DNA of 64,000 nucleotides from Spongospora subterranea f. sp. subterranea (Eukaryota): NCBI GenBank assembly GCA_049724395.1, contig JAUGWO010000122.1, positions 124,001 to 188,000 of the forward strand, read 5' to 3'. Shown piece by piece: positions 12,484 to 25,949 of this stretch (position 1 is its first letter; each line of letters starts with the position of its first letter). The notes under the pieces were generated by a model. It saw only the letters and a program-made list of their open reading frames with translations, ran no database searches and was not told where the DNA came from. The position numbers and the translations under genes were made by a program.

Positions 12484-13456
12484 ATGGTTCATGGAGTTTG
12501 GGCCATAATAGGGCTCATATCCCTGGTAAACGCCCAAGTTCGCCCAGCGGTCGCACCGCGTGCCGAATATCCCAAAGATGGGCTTCAACTTGCCGTCTGC
12601 GTTAACAGCGTGTTGTGGAGGTTGAAGTCCCTGGATTATTTCCCATCCCATACGAGTCTGCAGGGTTTATACTCAACTGGAAAGTTTCCTCCTAATGATG
12701 GGTCTGTCGATTTTCATTTCGATAGCCGTCGATTCAAAGTAAGTTTCAGACAACATTTTTTTGTTTTTCTTGTGAATGCGTTTACGGAAGTGGCATCAAT
12801 AACAATGAGTGAGGAGTCAATTTTAATTCTGGAATTCGATAGGATGTGATCGCTGCGTTTACAGGATCAAGCGACTGTGACGATGCACATCTTTTGTTAT
12901 GGAATTGGAGAACAAGCGCATTTGTTGAAGGTGTGAATGCGCCAAACCAGTATGATCTCTGGTCGTCGTCCAACCCACATACCTTTCACCGGTTTCGATT
13001 TATTAAAAAAGGGCAAAATGCCCTCTTGGTAAGGGATCAGATTTTCCCAAAATTACCTTGTTTTCACAATGGTTGCAGTACCCGTTTGTGAATCTATATG
13101 GAATATCTACACAGCCAGATTCTCCTGATCTTCGTTGGACTGTCATCGCAAATGGTGGTGCCCAGTTGACAAAATTTGCTTCTGATTTACCTAGTTCTTT
13201 GTTCGCTCCAACAATCAAATGCAGTTTCACAGCATTGCCTACGACAAGATGTCCTCCAGACATAAGAAAATACTTACTCGCCATGTTTGGAAGTGAATCT
13301 AAATTGCCGGGCAGATTCAAAAATATCGCTTTTCCCCAAACGGAATCGTTCATGAATGAGTGGCAGTACTATGTTATATTGGTGCTAATCCAAGTCTTGA
13401 TCATTACATTCGTAGTATATTATCGCAAGCGAAATGCAAGGCAGAAATTAGGATGA
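12484..13456 (+). CDS. Type I membrane protein (signal peptide, C-terminal TM), about 3 exons
   Basis: Signal-like MVHGVWAIIGLISLVNA. GTAAG donors at ~12739 and ~13029 join three ORFs in frame. TM YYVILVLIQVLIITFVVYY followed by RKRNARQK. Confidence 0.7.
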
Positions 13457-13480
13457 ATAAATAACTGGGCGAAATCGGGA

Positions 13481-14333
13481 TTACAAATCGTGAGATGGAT
13501 ATACGGCAGGGCGAATAATGGAAAAAATATACTCAATTATTACCCAGAACCGAACACCAACTCTCTTATGGAAAATGTAAACCACGACAACAACATAAAA
13601 GAGGAGCCCTAACGCGATCAGCAATCGATCTGTTTGCTCTCGTCGACGGATCCTTGCTTGTGCCTCCCTCGTTAGGTCTGTGGAAGCTTTAATTGAACCT
13701 AAAACATATTAATTCTTTTAACTGTAAGGAACGCAAATTTATACTCAAAGTATCATTCGTCCTTCTCATGATGTTTGTCCCTTCGTCCATCGTTTCATGG
13801 ATATCTTGACTGAACTGGATCTGATTCGTCAACGTCTTGTCGAGTCCTGTGTAAAGCTTCAGTGACACTACGCGCCTGTGATAAAGCAGCATCGTTGGAA
13901 AAATCGCTTCTAGCAGTAACCCTGGCTCTGCAAAAGCAGTCAAAGCAAAGAAACACGGGACCTATCAACCTGAAAACACACCTCGGGCCTAATAATAATT
14001 CCCGTTTTGCTGCTTCTTCCGCTTGTAATTTTCTTCGCTCATGGTCAACGTTTGCTTTTCGAAGCTCGATTCGTAGTCTAAAAGAAGGGTAAGAAACAGT
14101 ATTTAATAATTTGAAGCATAAAATTACTGCTTCACAAGATCTAAAATCTGGCCTTGTTGCAAACGATGTTCGGATGATTTTTCGGGAGCGGGCGCCTCGG
14201 CCAATGCCGTCAGCTGGGACAAAGCGGAGCGAATCCGGGTGTTAATGTCGTAGGTTTCGGCGGCGCTATGCATTCCGGATTTCAGCAGGGCTAAATCCCT
14301 TCTGATGGCTAACTGGGCATCGACATGGTTCAT
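13481..14333 (-). CDS. SEC20: Sec20/BNIP1-family ER SNARE, 4 exons, +1 shift at ~13837
   Basis: RELLLG..., VTEALHRTRQ/TLTNQIQFS..., RRREQTDRLLIALGLLFYVVVVVYIFHKRV (Sec20-like domain plus TM). Ends PSHDL*. Confidence 0.8.
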
Positions 14334-15819
14334 TACGTGCGGATTATGGCAGAGCTGACGACAGGATCTGAAATGGAATCTGAACAGAAATTGGACCTGA
14401 ACCCATGTAACGGAAAACTCGGAACATTTTTTGACTTTCGCGTCAAAAAAGATCATTTGCACTGCTGGTGAACCATGTTTTTTCGCGAAACGATTCGATT
14501 CGAGCCGTGGGAAAAAATTAAAAATTCTCATCGGGGAGATTGCATTCGAGAAGCTGATACTTTTCGTTTGTGGGCAAAGTTTTGGGTCCCTCCATTGTTT
14601 CTCGTTTGTCGTGTTCGCTGTCCTTTTTATACGGCATCCTTTAGGAGTATATTCTACAATATTTTCAATTCCTACTCAGATGTGCATGTGGTCATATAGT
14701 TTTCCTTATTTTCTGTTTTTAAATATCTGAAAGTAAATGTGAAAAGATGTCTCACAATCTGTTTGAAAATGAAAGTTTTGAAATTTGCAGGCTTCTTGTG
14801 GTGCTTTTGTAGCGATCGTAATGACGTTCATATATTGTCACAATACGGATGTTTCATTTCCATATTATTACAATCATTGGCACATCTTCTTGTCTTAGGT
14901 TTCTGCATCTCTATCCCTATCGAACCGACAATGACGTGGGATTCATGAGTGAAGCAATCAAGGAACTCCTATGGATACTGGATGAGCAGCTCTTTGTTGG
15001 GTCAAAGTACATATTGCCGTTTTTGTGACAATAATGCCCGGTCGCATAATTCTGTGCTGATTGCAATAGGTGTACCATAAATGCCCAGTCTCATCAGGGA
15101 CCGTCTTGTTTCCAATTTTCTCGTAAGCGATTTATGGAATGATTTGGGTCATGGGAGGAATTCCTTTTTCTTGTCGATGTCCCAAATTATAATATTGAAT
15201 TGGAAGACGCAATATAATCAAGAAGAAATCGGTCAAAAAAGTGCAGTATTGGGAGACTTGAGCTGCGCTCAGGCGGAGTATGGAATCCAGATAGACTCAG
15301 CAAATAATCGTTGTGTTTTAACAACAAACTGTTTTGACGGCACCTTTCATGGCATTCCTATTTTCAATCCCATATCCTCCTCGTCTTGCTCCTCGATCTT
15401 TGTACAGCGTTTTGACGTGACAGCAGTCAGAAATACTCCATAAATGTTTAGAGCTTTTCAGATGCAAAACTTTGCCCAGGTCAAGGTGGACTTCGAAGAA
15501 TTATGATTCACAGTTGTTACTGGCAAAAAATCATCACGAAAAATGTGTTCTGACCCAGTTTTCAAAGATAAAGCCAATCACTTGGCGTAATTGTATTAGA
15601 ATTCCGAAATTCCTAACTGTCATTTTCGACATTTCTTCAGCTATTTTTGATAGCGAAGCGAGCTATCTTATTGTTGACAGGGCCGCGTCGGCGATCGTAG
15701 GAACTGCTTCGAACCGCTTACAAAACTGAAGGAGGAAAACAAAACCAGGTGTTACATTGCGAAATTAAGTTGGGATTCAACGATCATCGATTTTTTTTCG
15801 GTCATCTTTGGTTTATAAT

Positions 15820-17000
15820 TTTTTTAACCAAGTTGGATATTATTCGAGCTTATGAAAAGGAGTTGCCGGGACCTTCCACCCCTTGCCCAAAAGCATGGCG
15901 TCAGCAGATACCCTCGCGGTTGGATCGCAAAGAATAATGAGCTCGAATCCGCATAAAAAGACCAAGACGTAGAGACTCGCAAAGTTCGACTGCTATCCGG
16001 TGGAGGAAGAAAGCCACAGTTTAGTGAACTGGAGGAGTTAATTCTTTATATAAATGAGAAGAATAACAAGGGTCTTCGGGAAAAGCACTAAACATCTTCA
16101 ACCGATTCAAAGTAGACGGCTTATACGACAAGGAGGTCCAGTTTATTGTTTCACATGGCTAGGTGTCCAGGTTCAAAGTACGAAAGGTATTGTGTCCAGA
16201 CGACAAACGTCTTCGCGCTTGGGTGCCAACGACATCTGCCGACAACATATTCAATCTGTGCATCATTTGACAGAGACACATGGCATCACATTACAAACAT
16301 TATCAATATGAATCAGGTTTCCAGATATTTTGAAACGGAGTCATAATTGCAAAAGGAAGCCGAGATGTCTTGATGCGAAAAGGTGGAACCTCATATTAAA
16401 GGTTCACTGCAACGTTCGCATTCACCGGCGATGGAAAGTTTGTAAAAGCCCATATTTTGTTCTTTGAGTTGACAAACATGCCCAATCTACACAAACATAC
16501 TCTTGTTGACCTGAACAAAACGGGTATGTGGAATGACGATATTCTCCTTCGATTCGCAAAAGATACCCTCATGCACCGTATGGAAACAGGCGTTTCTAAG
16601 GGAACCAACTCTCTTCATCATCGATTCTCACATGGTGCTCATGTTAAACTTGCCAATTGTGAAGATGTTGAAAAGTCCAACGTTTTCGTTGTCATGGACT
16701 CATGGTCCCCCCAAATTTGACTAATATTCTACAACCGTTGAATGTTGCCAAAGAAGTTTCCAAGCGTTTTAACAAACCTTTACGATCAATATATTGGGAA
16801 GACAATTGAAGATCCCGATCTTCAAATCAAAGCCGGAAACCCAAAACCGCCAGGATATCTGATGGTATCCAATTGGATCATAGAATAGAATGGATAGGCA
16901 CCAGATCACCCGATCAAATCATCAATGCGTTCAAGGTTTGTGGATTGGTTCCTAAAGCATTTTTCGATTTAGACCAGCTTCATTCCCCATTGAAGGCTTT
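15820..17000 (+). mobile_element. Decayed pogo/Tigger-like (CENP-B HTH plus DDE_1) transposase
   Basis: Fragments GGGRKPQFSELEE, INMNQVSRYFE, FTATFAFTGDGK, NKTGMWNDDILL, VVMDSW, LQPLNVA and GNPKPPGYLMVSNWI, broken by stops and shifts. Confidence 0.7.
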
Positions 17001-20000
17001 ATTTCTGCCGACATTCGACATTACAATATGGAACGAGCTTTAGGCAAACGAATTTCTGGAACAAGACGGTGTCGATCTGTTAGACAATTTTTAAGAACCT
17101 CCTGATTGGTATCTACCAGAATCAGGTTCCGCAAGTGTTTACATGTGCTTAGCTCGTAAAAAATATGGTCCTGTGTCTCCATTGGATTGAAAACCTTACA
17201 AGACCCAATCAGTTCGATTCATGAAACACATGGAGGAATTAGCAGACATAACCGACTCAAATTATTTCGAAAATCTGCATGGAGATGATGCTCAGGCCGG
17301 GCTGCGCTCGTAGAGGTTTCCTCGTTGCTTCTCATTGGACGTCGTACCGGCAGCTGTGAAAACAATTGTTTTCAAGCGGGGCAAAACTTCCGCCAAGTTC
17401 GTCTTCACCAGAGAGCGCATTTCTGACCAAAATGCAAAATGATCAAACGATGTGATTTGGATGGAAACTTTGCTCATGCTGCAAGTCCTCACACCACAAT
17501 TTTCCAATAAAGCACACATTCCTGCAGCGACGCCCGTTTCACGAAAGTTGCCCGATTTGGATTCTGCCAACAGATACGTCATTCCGTTTCATTGTGGTTT
17601 ACTGAACATGACGACGAAGCTCAGCTAGTTTCTTCTATCGAAGTAAGCGTAAGTATTCTTCCCCATCTTCGGAACCTTGGAGAAGTTGAAGATTATTCCT
17701 TTCTGCCAGCAATCGGTTTGTCTCGCCTGCAAACATTGCTTTCACGTTGACCTCAGCCATTGCTACTGCAGCCGCTTGAATTTCAGACCTTTTCTCGTCG
17801 CGAACGGAGGATCTATCCACTTTCGCGCGTTTCCTGTTACGGGGGGAGAATCGGTACTCCTTGATGCCCTGGATGTTAACTTTGGATGGATCTGCTCCAA
17901 CAGCGCCAAGGAAGCATCCCGTTTTTCAAAATTTGCGAAACGCATCCCAAGCCTCGCCCACACATTTGTGAGGATGCGTCTTTCTCGAGCAGTAACTTGC
18001 CGTCAATCCATTTTGACATAAAGGCGGCGTAGCGAAGCAGAAGGAAAAGAAGATAACGAAGAAGAAAAACACCTAAAACCAGGGTTCAGCCCTTGTTGCA
18101 AGATCTCATATCAGACGGATTTAATGTATACAATCAGTCTCCGATACGAACTGCGTTTGAATGACTGTTCGAATTCAATTTCCAAACACTTTTATATTTA
18201 TGATTGATTTGGTTTAAACACTAATTGGGTTAGGGACGTGTGGCGACAGTATTGGTGGGATTCGATCATTGAGATTTTTTATGGGTTTTCCAGTGAGCGA
18301 TTTGAAAGAGAGTGTCGCTAGGGCGAATTTATAGGCGGTTATGTAGTTAGACCCTGACACTATGGTCTATAATATTAATCAATCAGAGGTGATGAGAAAA
18401 TTTGGTGTGTATTCGGTGTAATATTGGTTCTATTGATGAAGGATGATTATCGCCAAAGGCCTAATTTTAATACATCATTAACCTCGACCGACAATTTGAC
18501 AGATGCCAATGCACATTTACCATTTTGAGATTTGACGGGTTTATGAGACGATTTCACTTTCAATGAAAGATTTTCCTGAATGACGAAGACAAGCGATGAG
18601 GACCACAACTCGGGGAGATCGATTTCCGATCTTTGCCAGAGAGTTCTGGTTGTATGCCATGGTTAGCGATTGACTAAGGGTATCAGAAGCGGGGATATGA
18701 ACTTCAGTTTACCTGTGGATTTTGAGAGAAATCTATCGGTAGCGCAGCGCCTGCTTGCAGATTTACCGACGACAGAACGTGTGCGTCTAAGGCCCTGGAG
18801 AGAGGGCGATTAATAATGGTGACATTATAAGGGTTTTAGCGACGAAGATACCTTAGATGAGGGTAGAGCATCGTTATTTGGCATCAAAGCTGGCTTTGCG
18901 AATTTCTAATGCGAACTCAATTAATGATATTTCTGTGAGAACCGATCACGATTGATGAAGACATTGGATACCTGATTTGGCCGCATAAAAACTGACAAGC
19001 AGTCTTCGATCGGAGACTTACTCGATTGAACCACATGGATCAGTTTGGAAACGAATCTATAATGATCAAATAAGACTGAGACCATTATTAGGGTAATGGC
19101 TGGAATAGATCATACCGACGTAACGCCCCCTAACAAACGATCAGACGAAGGAATTCAAGATGGATCAAACCCATTGGACGAGATTGGCAATACCTTTTGG
19201 CGGTTAGTCGGAGAATCATGTGAACTGTCATCCTCAACGAATTCAAGTGGCGGAGAAGGAAACCCCTTTGGAACGGGTTTAGAGAATCAAGTACAAAGAT
19301 GAACCTCTTTACTTGAGATTTACCTGAAACGAGACTTGATCTGAGAGGTCGTGATCTGGGGGAGGGAGTTGACCAACTACCGAAATCTCATCGTCAAGTT
19401 CTGGCTGATCAGCAAACAACTTGGATAATTCCCATTGCCTAAAACTGGGAGAGCGGTAAAATGGGGTATCCTGTTAAGAGCAATAAGATATCTGCAGTTG
19501 ACAGTGTTCCAAATTAAGATCTGTTCTTGCGAAAATACCTGGACACCGATTGTGGTCGTCTGATCCGGAGAGATCGGTCTGTCACTGTCAGGGGTTCTGT
19601 ACCGATGTTTAAGAAACACTCGTAGGCAATAACGGAAATTCACTTACAGGGACGAATGACAGAATTGAATGATGGTGACAGCAATCGCCGTCTTCCACCA
19701 GATCATTATTAACCTAATACAATCGTCAATCACCAAATTCAAAAGGGAAACGTTTCGGCCCCTGGCGAAATGTCCACAACGATGGTCTTGGGGGCTGAGA
19801 CCTAGCGCCAGCGGATGAGTCGTTGAACAACAGCCGTGACAGTTCAACGATACACTGTTGTTATCTGATACGGGGATATATTGTGACTGTATGTACAATT
19901 CCTGACTGTTAACAAAGCCGTACGGAGAGCCGGAGCGGACATGTCCAGGCTATATATGGAGTACCGTAGTGGCAAACGAACAGCTCACCTTTCAAAAACG

Positions 20001-21524
20001 GCATCCACCTTTTGATATTAGGTGAATTTTTTGTTAACAACAAAGTCACAGGGACCGTATTCCTTGGAAAAGTCATTAAAATTGCTGCATCCTGTAGGTC
20101 TCGTTTGACGACATTTATTAATAAAGCGTTTTCTATTATAAAATTTCGATAATTATAAATGGGCCAAGAGAAACAGAGTAAGGTCAGAGTAAGGCCAACA
20201 CTGATTGGTCAGTAGGTCGATAGATGTTCCCTCAGCCAATCGAGGCCAGTCAACTTTAGTTGCATCGTCAGCTTTAATAGAAGGAAATGTTGGAATGTGT
20301 CAAACAATACGATGCATGCGGTATTAAGACTGCTGTTTTCGACCGAACAATGACGGGGATCGGAAGCAGTTTTATATTCATTTTTCGCTTGTAAGGTTTT
20401 GACATGGAGCGAACATGGTCAATGATCGGGATCAATGTCAACACGTTCGATAACTGGATTCGCCATAATCAAATTGTGATGGATCACCTTCATACCTTCA
20501 AATCATTTACCGTAAATTGACTTTTCTAAAAAGGCGATCCATCAGAAAATTGATCATCGTGGCGCTTACCTGGGAGTTTGCCCTGTTTGTTCCTCAATGA
20601 ACGAACGTTGGGGCATCCAAACCGATTCGGATGCGACAGGCTTCAAACGAATTAAAAAGGAAATGAAAGAGTACAAGGCGAATGAGGATACTGAGCCGCC
20701 ACCGACTGACCACATGGCCTCTAATGAATGTGGGAAAGGGACCTGCCTGGCAGTGAACTCGATAATTTTGGATAGGGAATGTAATCATGTGGGGGCAGGT
20801 CCCATATCGTGTCCATACCATATTACCGACGGAGGTGCTGATTTTCCCAGATTATAATTGAATGAGAATGACCCCTATTACACATTCATGTCCTAACGAT
20901 GACGGGGATGTTATAGTGGTCGTTCTCTTTTATGCAGTAATCTTGAACAATGAGCACCTCCGTTGGTGGTAGTGGGTATCCCCTTCCCCGTTGTAAACTT
21001 TCATTGCCTTCTTTATTCTCTTAAAGGCATTTTCAAATGCTGAATTTTTTGTTGTCGGTTAGGTATTAATAGTTTTTGTTATAATCAAATGGTCGTAGAT
21101 GCTGTTTGGGTGGATGGCAAAACCCAAAAGCGTCACGACACAATTGCTTCTTCTGCTTCATCGCGATCATGATGTCCCAGAGTCCGATGCGATATCACAT
21201 CTTCGTGCACATGCTGAATCTAATCAGGTTACGTGTGGATGATTATATCCTGGCAATCACGGGTTCCCTAGTGGCTGATCACCCAACGACGAATCTGATA
21301 ACGCTTTCCAGGATCTTTGCCGTCGTCTTCATCGTGGTCGGGGCCCGTTCGGTGTCCATTGTTCACAAATACCCTTATACCTGTTGGCAATGTCATACGT
21401 TGCGAATCTGCTGGAAGGGTATGAAAACCGATCATGCCGCCCGATCAATGCATTTCGCTAGTAAATGGACGTCGGAACTGTGGTCAACTTGATCAGAGCC
21501 ACAATGCCATAAACGATTATCTGA

Positions 21525-22320
21525 TTTCTTCACAGACGATGAATGCGTTTTGTCCAGGGACGACATCTTGATCAGAGTTCAACCTACATGGCAACCTGTG
21601 TACATTGAAATCGGGCACGTTATTCGAGAGAATTTAACGACGCATTGACGGCGTCACACCTTGGCTGTTCTGGAAGATGAGTATTTTGCAACGCCTATGA
21701 CATAAGCTTTCATTGCCTGAGTCAAGTAATTCTGCAACATTGGCGATATGGCATCATACTGCAGCGATTTAAAGGGCAGCCATTGATCAGTATTTGGTGA
21801 ACGAGTTTGATGCGTTGTCAAATGTAATAAATAATCCAAAACTCAACGGATACTGCGAACATGAACCACTGAGCGATCATCGAAATTTCGATGCCAATAA
21901 CCAATCTGAATAGCTTTATTTGATAGGATGATTGTCTTAAATGCTCCAACATATCATTCACAGCGCTTTCAAGCTCGAAACCTTGATTTACGGTTGCCCT
22001 TAGTCGCTGCAAAATAGTGCCATATCTCTAATAGGGATCATCGCCAACTTCCTATGATTGCAGACTTGCTTGGCTCGGGAGAATGATAGCTTCGTCTCGT
22101 ACGTGATCAACAATTATCATGAGGTGCGGAGAACTTGGGAGTTGCACATACTCATCTGTTAGAACAGACAAGATGCGAAGATCATTACCACCGGGACCCC
22201 GTCAATGCATCTTTAAATTCTCTCGAATAACGTGCCAGGTTTCGATAAACACAAAGATACCATGTATGTTGGACTCTGCTCACGATGTCGTCCCTGAACA
22301 AAACGCATCCATCTTCTGCG
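21525..22320. repeat. Diverged inverted repeat pair of coding-like fragments (~21525-21695 and ~22138-22320)
   Basis: Shared blocks in opposite orientation, e.g. TTAAATTCTCTCGAATAACGTGCC and GATGTCGTCCCTGRACAAAACGCAT. Confidence 0.75.
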
Positions 22321-23087
22321 CGTAATGGCGTTGTTGCTTCGTAATAAGCATCGTCTACAACGCGACGATTTCGTAGATTTATTTTAATCAAACATTGGGA
22401 ACATAGCACATCTCGACAGATCGGTTTGATACATCTCTCAACACCGAATCAGAGCCAGTCCCTCCGCAAATGTTCAAAAACGTCTAGCGCCATGTTGTAA
22501 TCAAAGAGCCTGAGCCTGGAGTCCCGCCAGAACCAGATCAAACAATGGCGACGCCGGACAAGAAATGTTGAAACTGGTGCTTAATGGACCTGTTCACGCT
22601 GTGGCAGCAGACGAGGAGCGAACTACCAGCTGGTCAACTCCACGAAGATACCGATGAAGATGACGATTTAGCCCGGAAACTCGTTGACGATGCGATTCGT
22701 AAACATACTCCCATCCTGTCTATGGGCTATTGGATGGGATTTATTGTTGGAGACCGGAAAGTAATGATGCCCTGAATAGTGATGATGTTGATAATTCTGA
22801 TTGGCATTGGGTGAGCTGTGGTCTCTTTTTCTAAGCCTTCGTATGGGGGTATTTTCATTAGCAATTCGTTCACAACCTTGTAAGAACGGCGTGAATTTGG
22901 CCGTCGTCACCATATTGGCGAGAGGATATCGTTGAATCGAGGACTAAATACGCCGGCCGTCGGTTGAATAGAGAGCAAGATCGAGTGTCAATCTCGATAG
23001 ATCAATAGTACAGGACAGGACCGGGAGGGGTTATCGAACTCGACTCAGTGATTAGCCATTGTTGGGTGGCGGTGGCCGGCACCGCTC

Positions 23088-24120
23088 ATGACCTCTCTCC
23101 GCAATCAGTTCATGGTCAATCAGTTCATCGGAAACATTCTAATGCTGATCTCAACGTTGGGATTCACGATCCAGCTGGGGTACAATTCCTGGTATCGGGA
23201 TCCGACCAAGCAACGCGCCATCTTGGTAGAATTGGCCATCGTTGATCTGTTGACCAGCGCCATGACCGCGTTGGCCCTGTTCCTGCCATTAATCGACACC
23301 TCATTATGTCCATTCTTTCTCCTTTCCGAAACTCTATGTCCGTTTGTCATCCTCGTCCCTCAATAACGACTGACGATGGTTCAGATGCGAACGCCACCCA
23401 TCAATTATTCCTCAATCGCGTTGCTTACGTCTTCTATCATCTGGAGCCGCGAATACAGCGGCGATTGACGATGGCGTTGATGGTGATGATTGGTGTTGAC
23501 GAGGCGGTGGGATGGTTTCTGACAGGTGTCTGAATAGGTATTCTATATCGGATCGATGGTGACAATGCTGAGTTTGGCGATCATCAACAGCGGGTTGATC
23601 GCTGTTCCAACATCAAGAACCCAATTAACCTGCATATTCCAATCGGCAACGCCACCGGGGATCGCCGGGATCATCACCAAAATCACGACCGGTCTCACGA
23701 CATTATCATTGGGAATCTCATCGGTCTACATGTTTGACAAAAGGCGTGTCGGGATACGTCAAATTCAGGAACAATCTGGCGATGGCCAGAGCGGATCACA
23801 GCAATTCGTTCACACTGCTGAAGATGGTGTTCCTGAAGATGGGGCTCGATCTGGTCAATGTGATATACGATGGGATATCGATATTCCTGGCATTACACGA
23901 ACAGCGGGTTCGCTTCACCGTTCGCCTGATCACACGTCACCTATCGCTCGCCCTATCGTTCGTCATCATCGTGAAGTTGTATTACAAAAGAAGCGCGCCG
24001 GCAAGTGTGGTCACGAGCAAGCTCCCTCCTCGGTTTAAAGCATTATCTGGATCGTCTAGCGCCGGAGCACGTCCACAAAAGATCGACGACGATCCGCAAA
24101 GAACAGAATCGTTTGTATAA
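23088..24120 (+). CDS. Multi-pass (about 6-7 TM) membrane protein, 3 exons, +1 shift at ~23733-23743
   Basis: Two GT-AG introns join hydrophobic ORFs in frame. Hydrophobic helices continue in the +1 frame (LKMVFLKMGLDLVNVIYDGISIFLAL, LSLALSFVIIVKLYY) into a Ser/Pro-rich tail. Confidence 0.6.
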
Positions 24121-25229
24121 AAACAATTCTGTACAGCATCTGGTGTCTCCAATAATCACTAAAAACATATCAACACAATTGAATCAGTTAAGATCGCGGC
24201 TACGAAACAATCTGAAATAAGGGATTATTACCATGTTTTGATTCGCTATACGGTTCTTGGCAATCACCTTGGCACCGTCTTTCTCGCGTCCTGACGGTTT
24301 GAAAATGAACGAGTCTCCACCCCCAAAGTAATCGTTTAATTAACCCACGATCTGCAGTTATCGTGTCGTGCGATAACAAGACGACGATCTGTCAAATACA
24401 GCGATGACCAAAACCAGACGGGGGGGAAGGTGAAACTTGACCGTACTGTAGATGATCCTGATCTAAATGATGATCCTGATCAGAGGTACTGTACTGGTCA
24501 CATGTGATCGGGTTAAAGAACCGATCTCGTGTTCCTACTTCCGTCCTTTCATTGTCGTGATCTGGTTCCAGTCCCGACAGCGGGGTACAATCGGTGCAAT
24601 AACGACAATCAGGGGGATACTCCAGATTATGTACTACCAGATACGAATAAGGAATGAGGCGACAACAACCTGAACACGATGACGAGAGATCCGTATTTAG
24701 TCAGTCAGGTTCATGGAACTGGCCTTTATGGCGCAATGGTGCTCTGGGCGAGTTTCCTTGTGATTCTATCGGAATGAGAGGGTGATATTGGAGTTAGGTG
24801 CTGCTCAAATCTGACACACTATCATTGTAAACTCGATGGAATGTTGTCAATTGCAAGGCGCCCTTGGCCATGGTTAATATCACCGAGGACTAGAACAATG
24901 ACCCTGGTCATCGTTGTCCTTCAACTGGTGTATTTGGTTGATGTTCGATTTCAATATCCCCCATAAAATAATCGTGTCAACACTATCTATTCCTCAGGTT
25001 CACAACCCGAAATGCACTTTTGCATCGGAGTTGATTGCGTCACAAACAATATGGGATTTACAATCATGGATCAATATATTCAATAAACTGTTGACATAGA
25101 GTAGAAAAGGAGTATAAGACACTCAACACGAGACTCATTGAGTACAATCGCGGCGGAACTCGTCTACAATTTGACGCCTTTCACAGTGTAGTGTAGTGTC
25201 GATTGGTCGAACGCTCTGACCGATTACGC

Positions 25230-25760
25230 CCATTGTACGAGGCCATGTCCAAACCACCAGGCAGCTGAAAATCATTCACAGTGACATTTCTGGACCATTT
25301 CCTGTTGATGGAATTCATGGCAAATCGTGATATTACATTTCATATTTAGATCAACACACACTAACCTCATTTGTGCACCTGATCCGAAGGAAGTCGGAAG
25401 CCATATCAGCAATCAAGCAGCATATCCTGGTCAACAATCATTTTCAAGGCCACGGATTCTCTGTGAAGATTTTTCAAAGCGAAGTTCACGAGAGAGTTTT
25501 ACATTATTGCACAAAGGGGTTCACAATCATCCCAGACCTAATCCAATCCGCGCCGATCAAGACAGTCGGAAAAACTCGCGACAATCAGCCGCACCTGAGT
25601 TGAAACTCAACCAGTTATTATTGGGGACCGCCACTACCTGGAAATATGCATGTTGCTTTAATTAATCTTGATCGACTTGCTCACGAACGTCGAAACCAAT
25701 TTGTCTCAAAGGTCTATGACATCCTCCACCGGTATGCTGGCTATCCTTGAAGCAAATATG
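25230..25760 (+). mobile_element. Ty1/Copia integrase remnant
   Basis: IIHSDISGPFPVDGIHGKS*YYISYLDQHT...HLIRRKSEA resembles the start of the Copia rve core (HxDxxGP). Contains stops. Confidence 0.7.
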
Positions 25761-25949
25761 AGAGTTAATACTTCAAAAGTTCTTCCCTGGATGGTGACGG
25801 AAGTCATATCATCATGAAGACAGATTTTATGAATCAAACTTTAAACAGTAATATCTCGCCGCTGGAATCTGATTCCATTTACGGTTTCATTATTGACAAT
25901 TACTTTTCGGAAGTCAATGGGACGTGACTTCTGGGTTTTGTCCCATTAA

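Noticed and set aside
17292..20900. Possible LINE, KDZ or effector fragments (ILIWN, CHGC..H, CPVC)
   Set aside because: Motifs are too short and broken to assign without a profile search.
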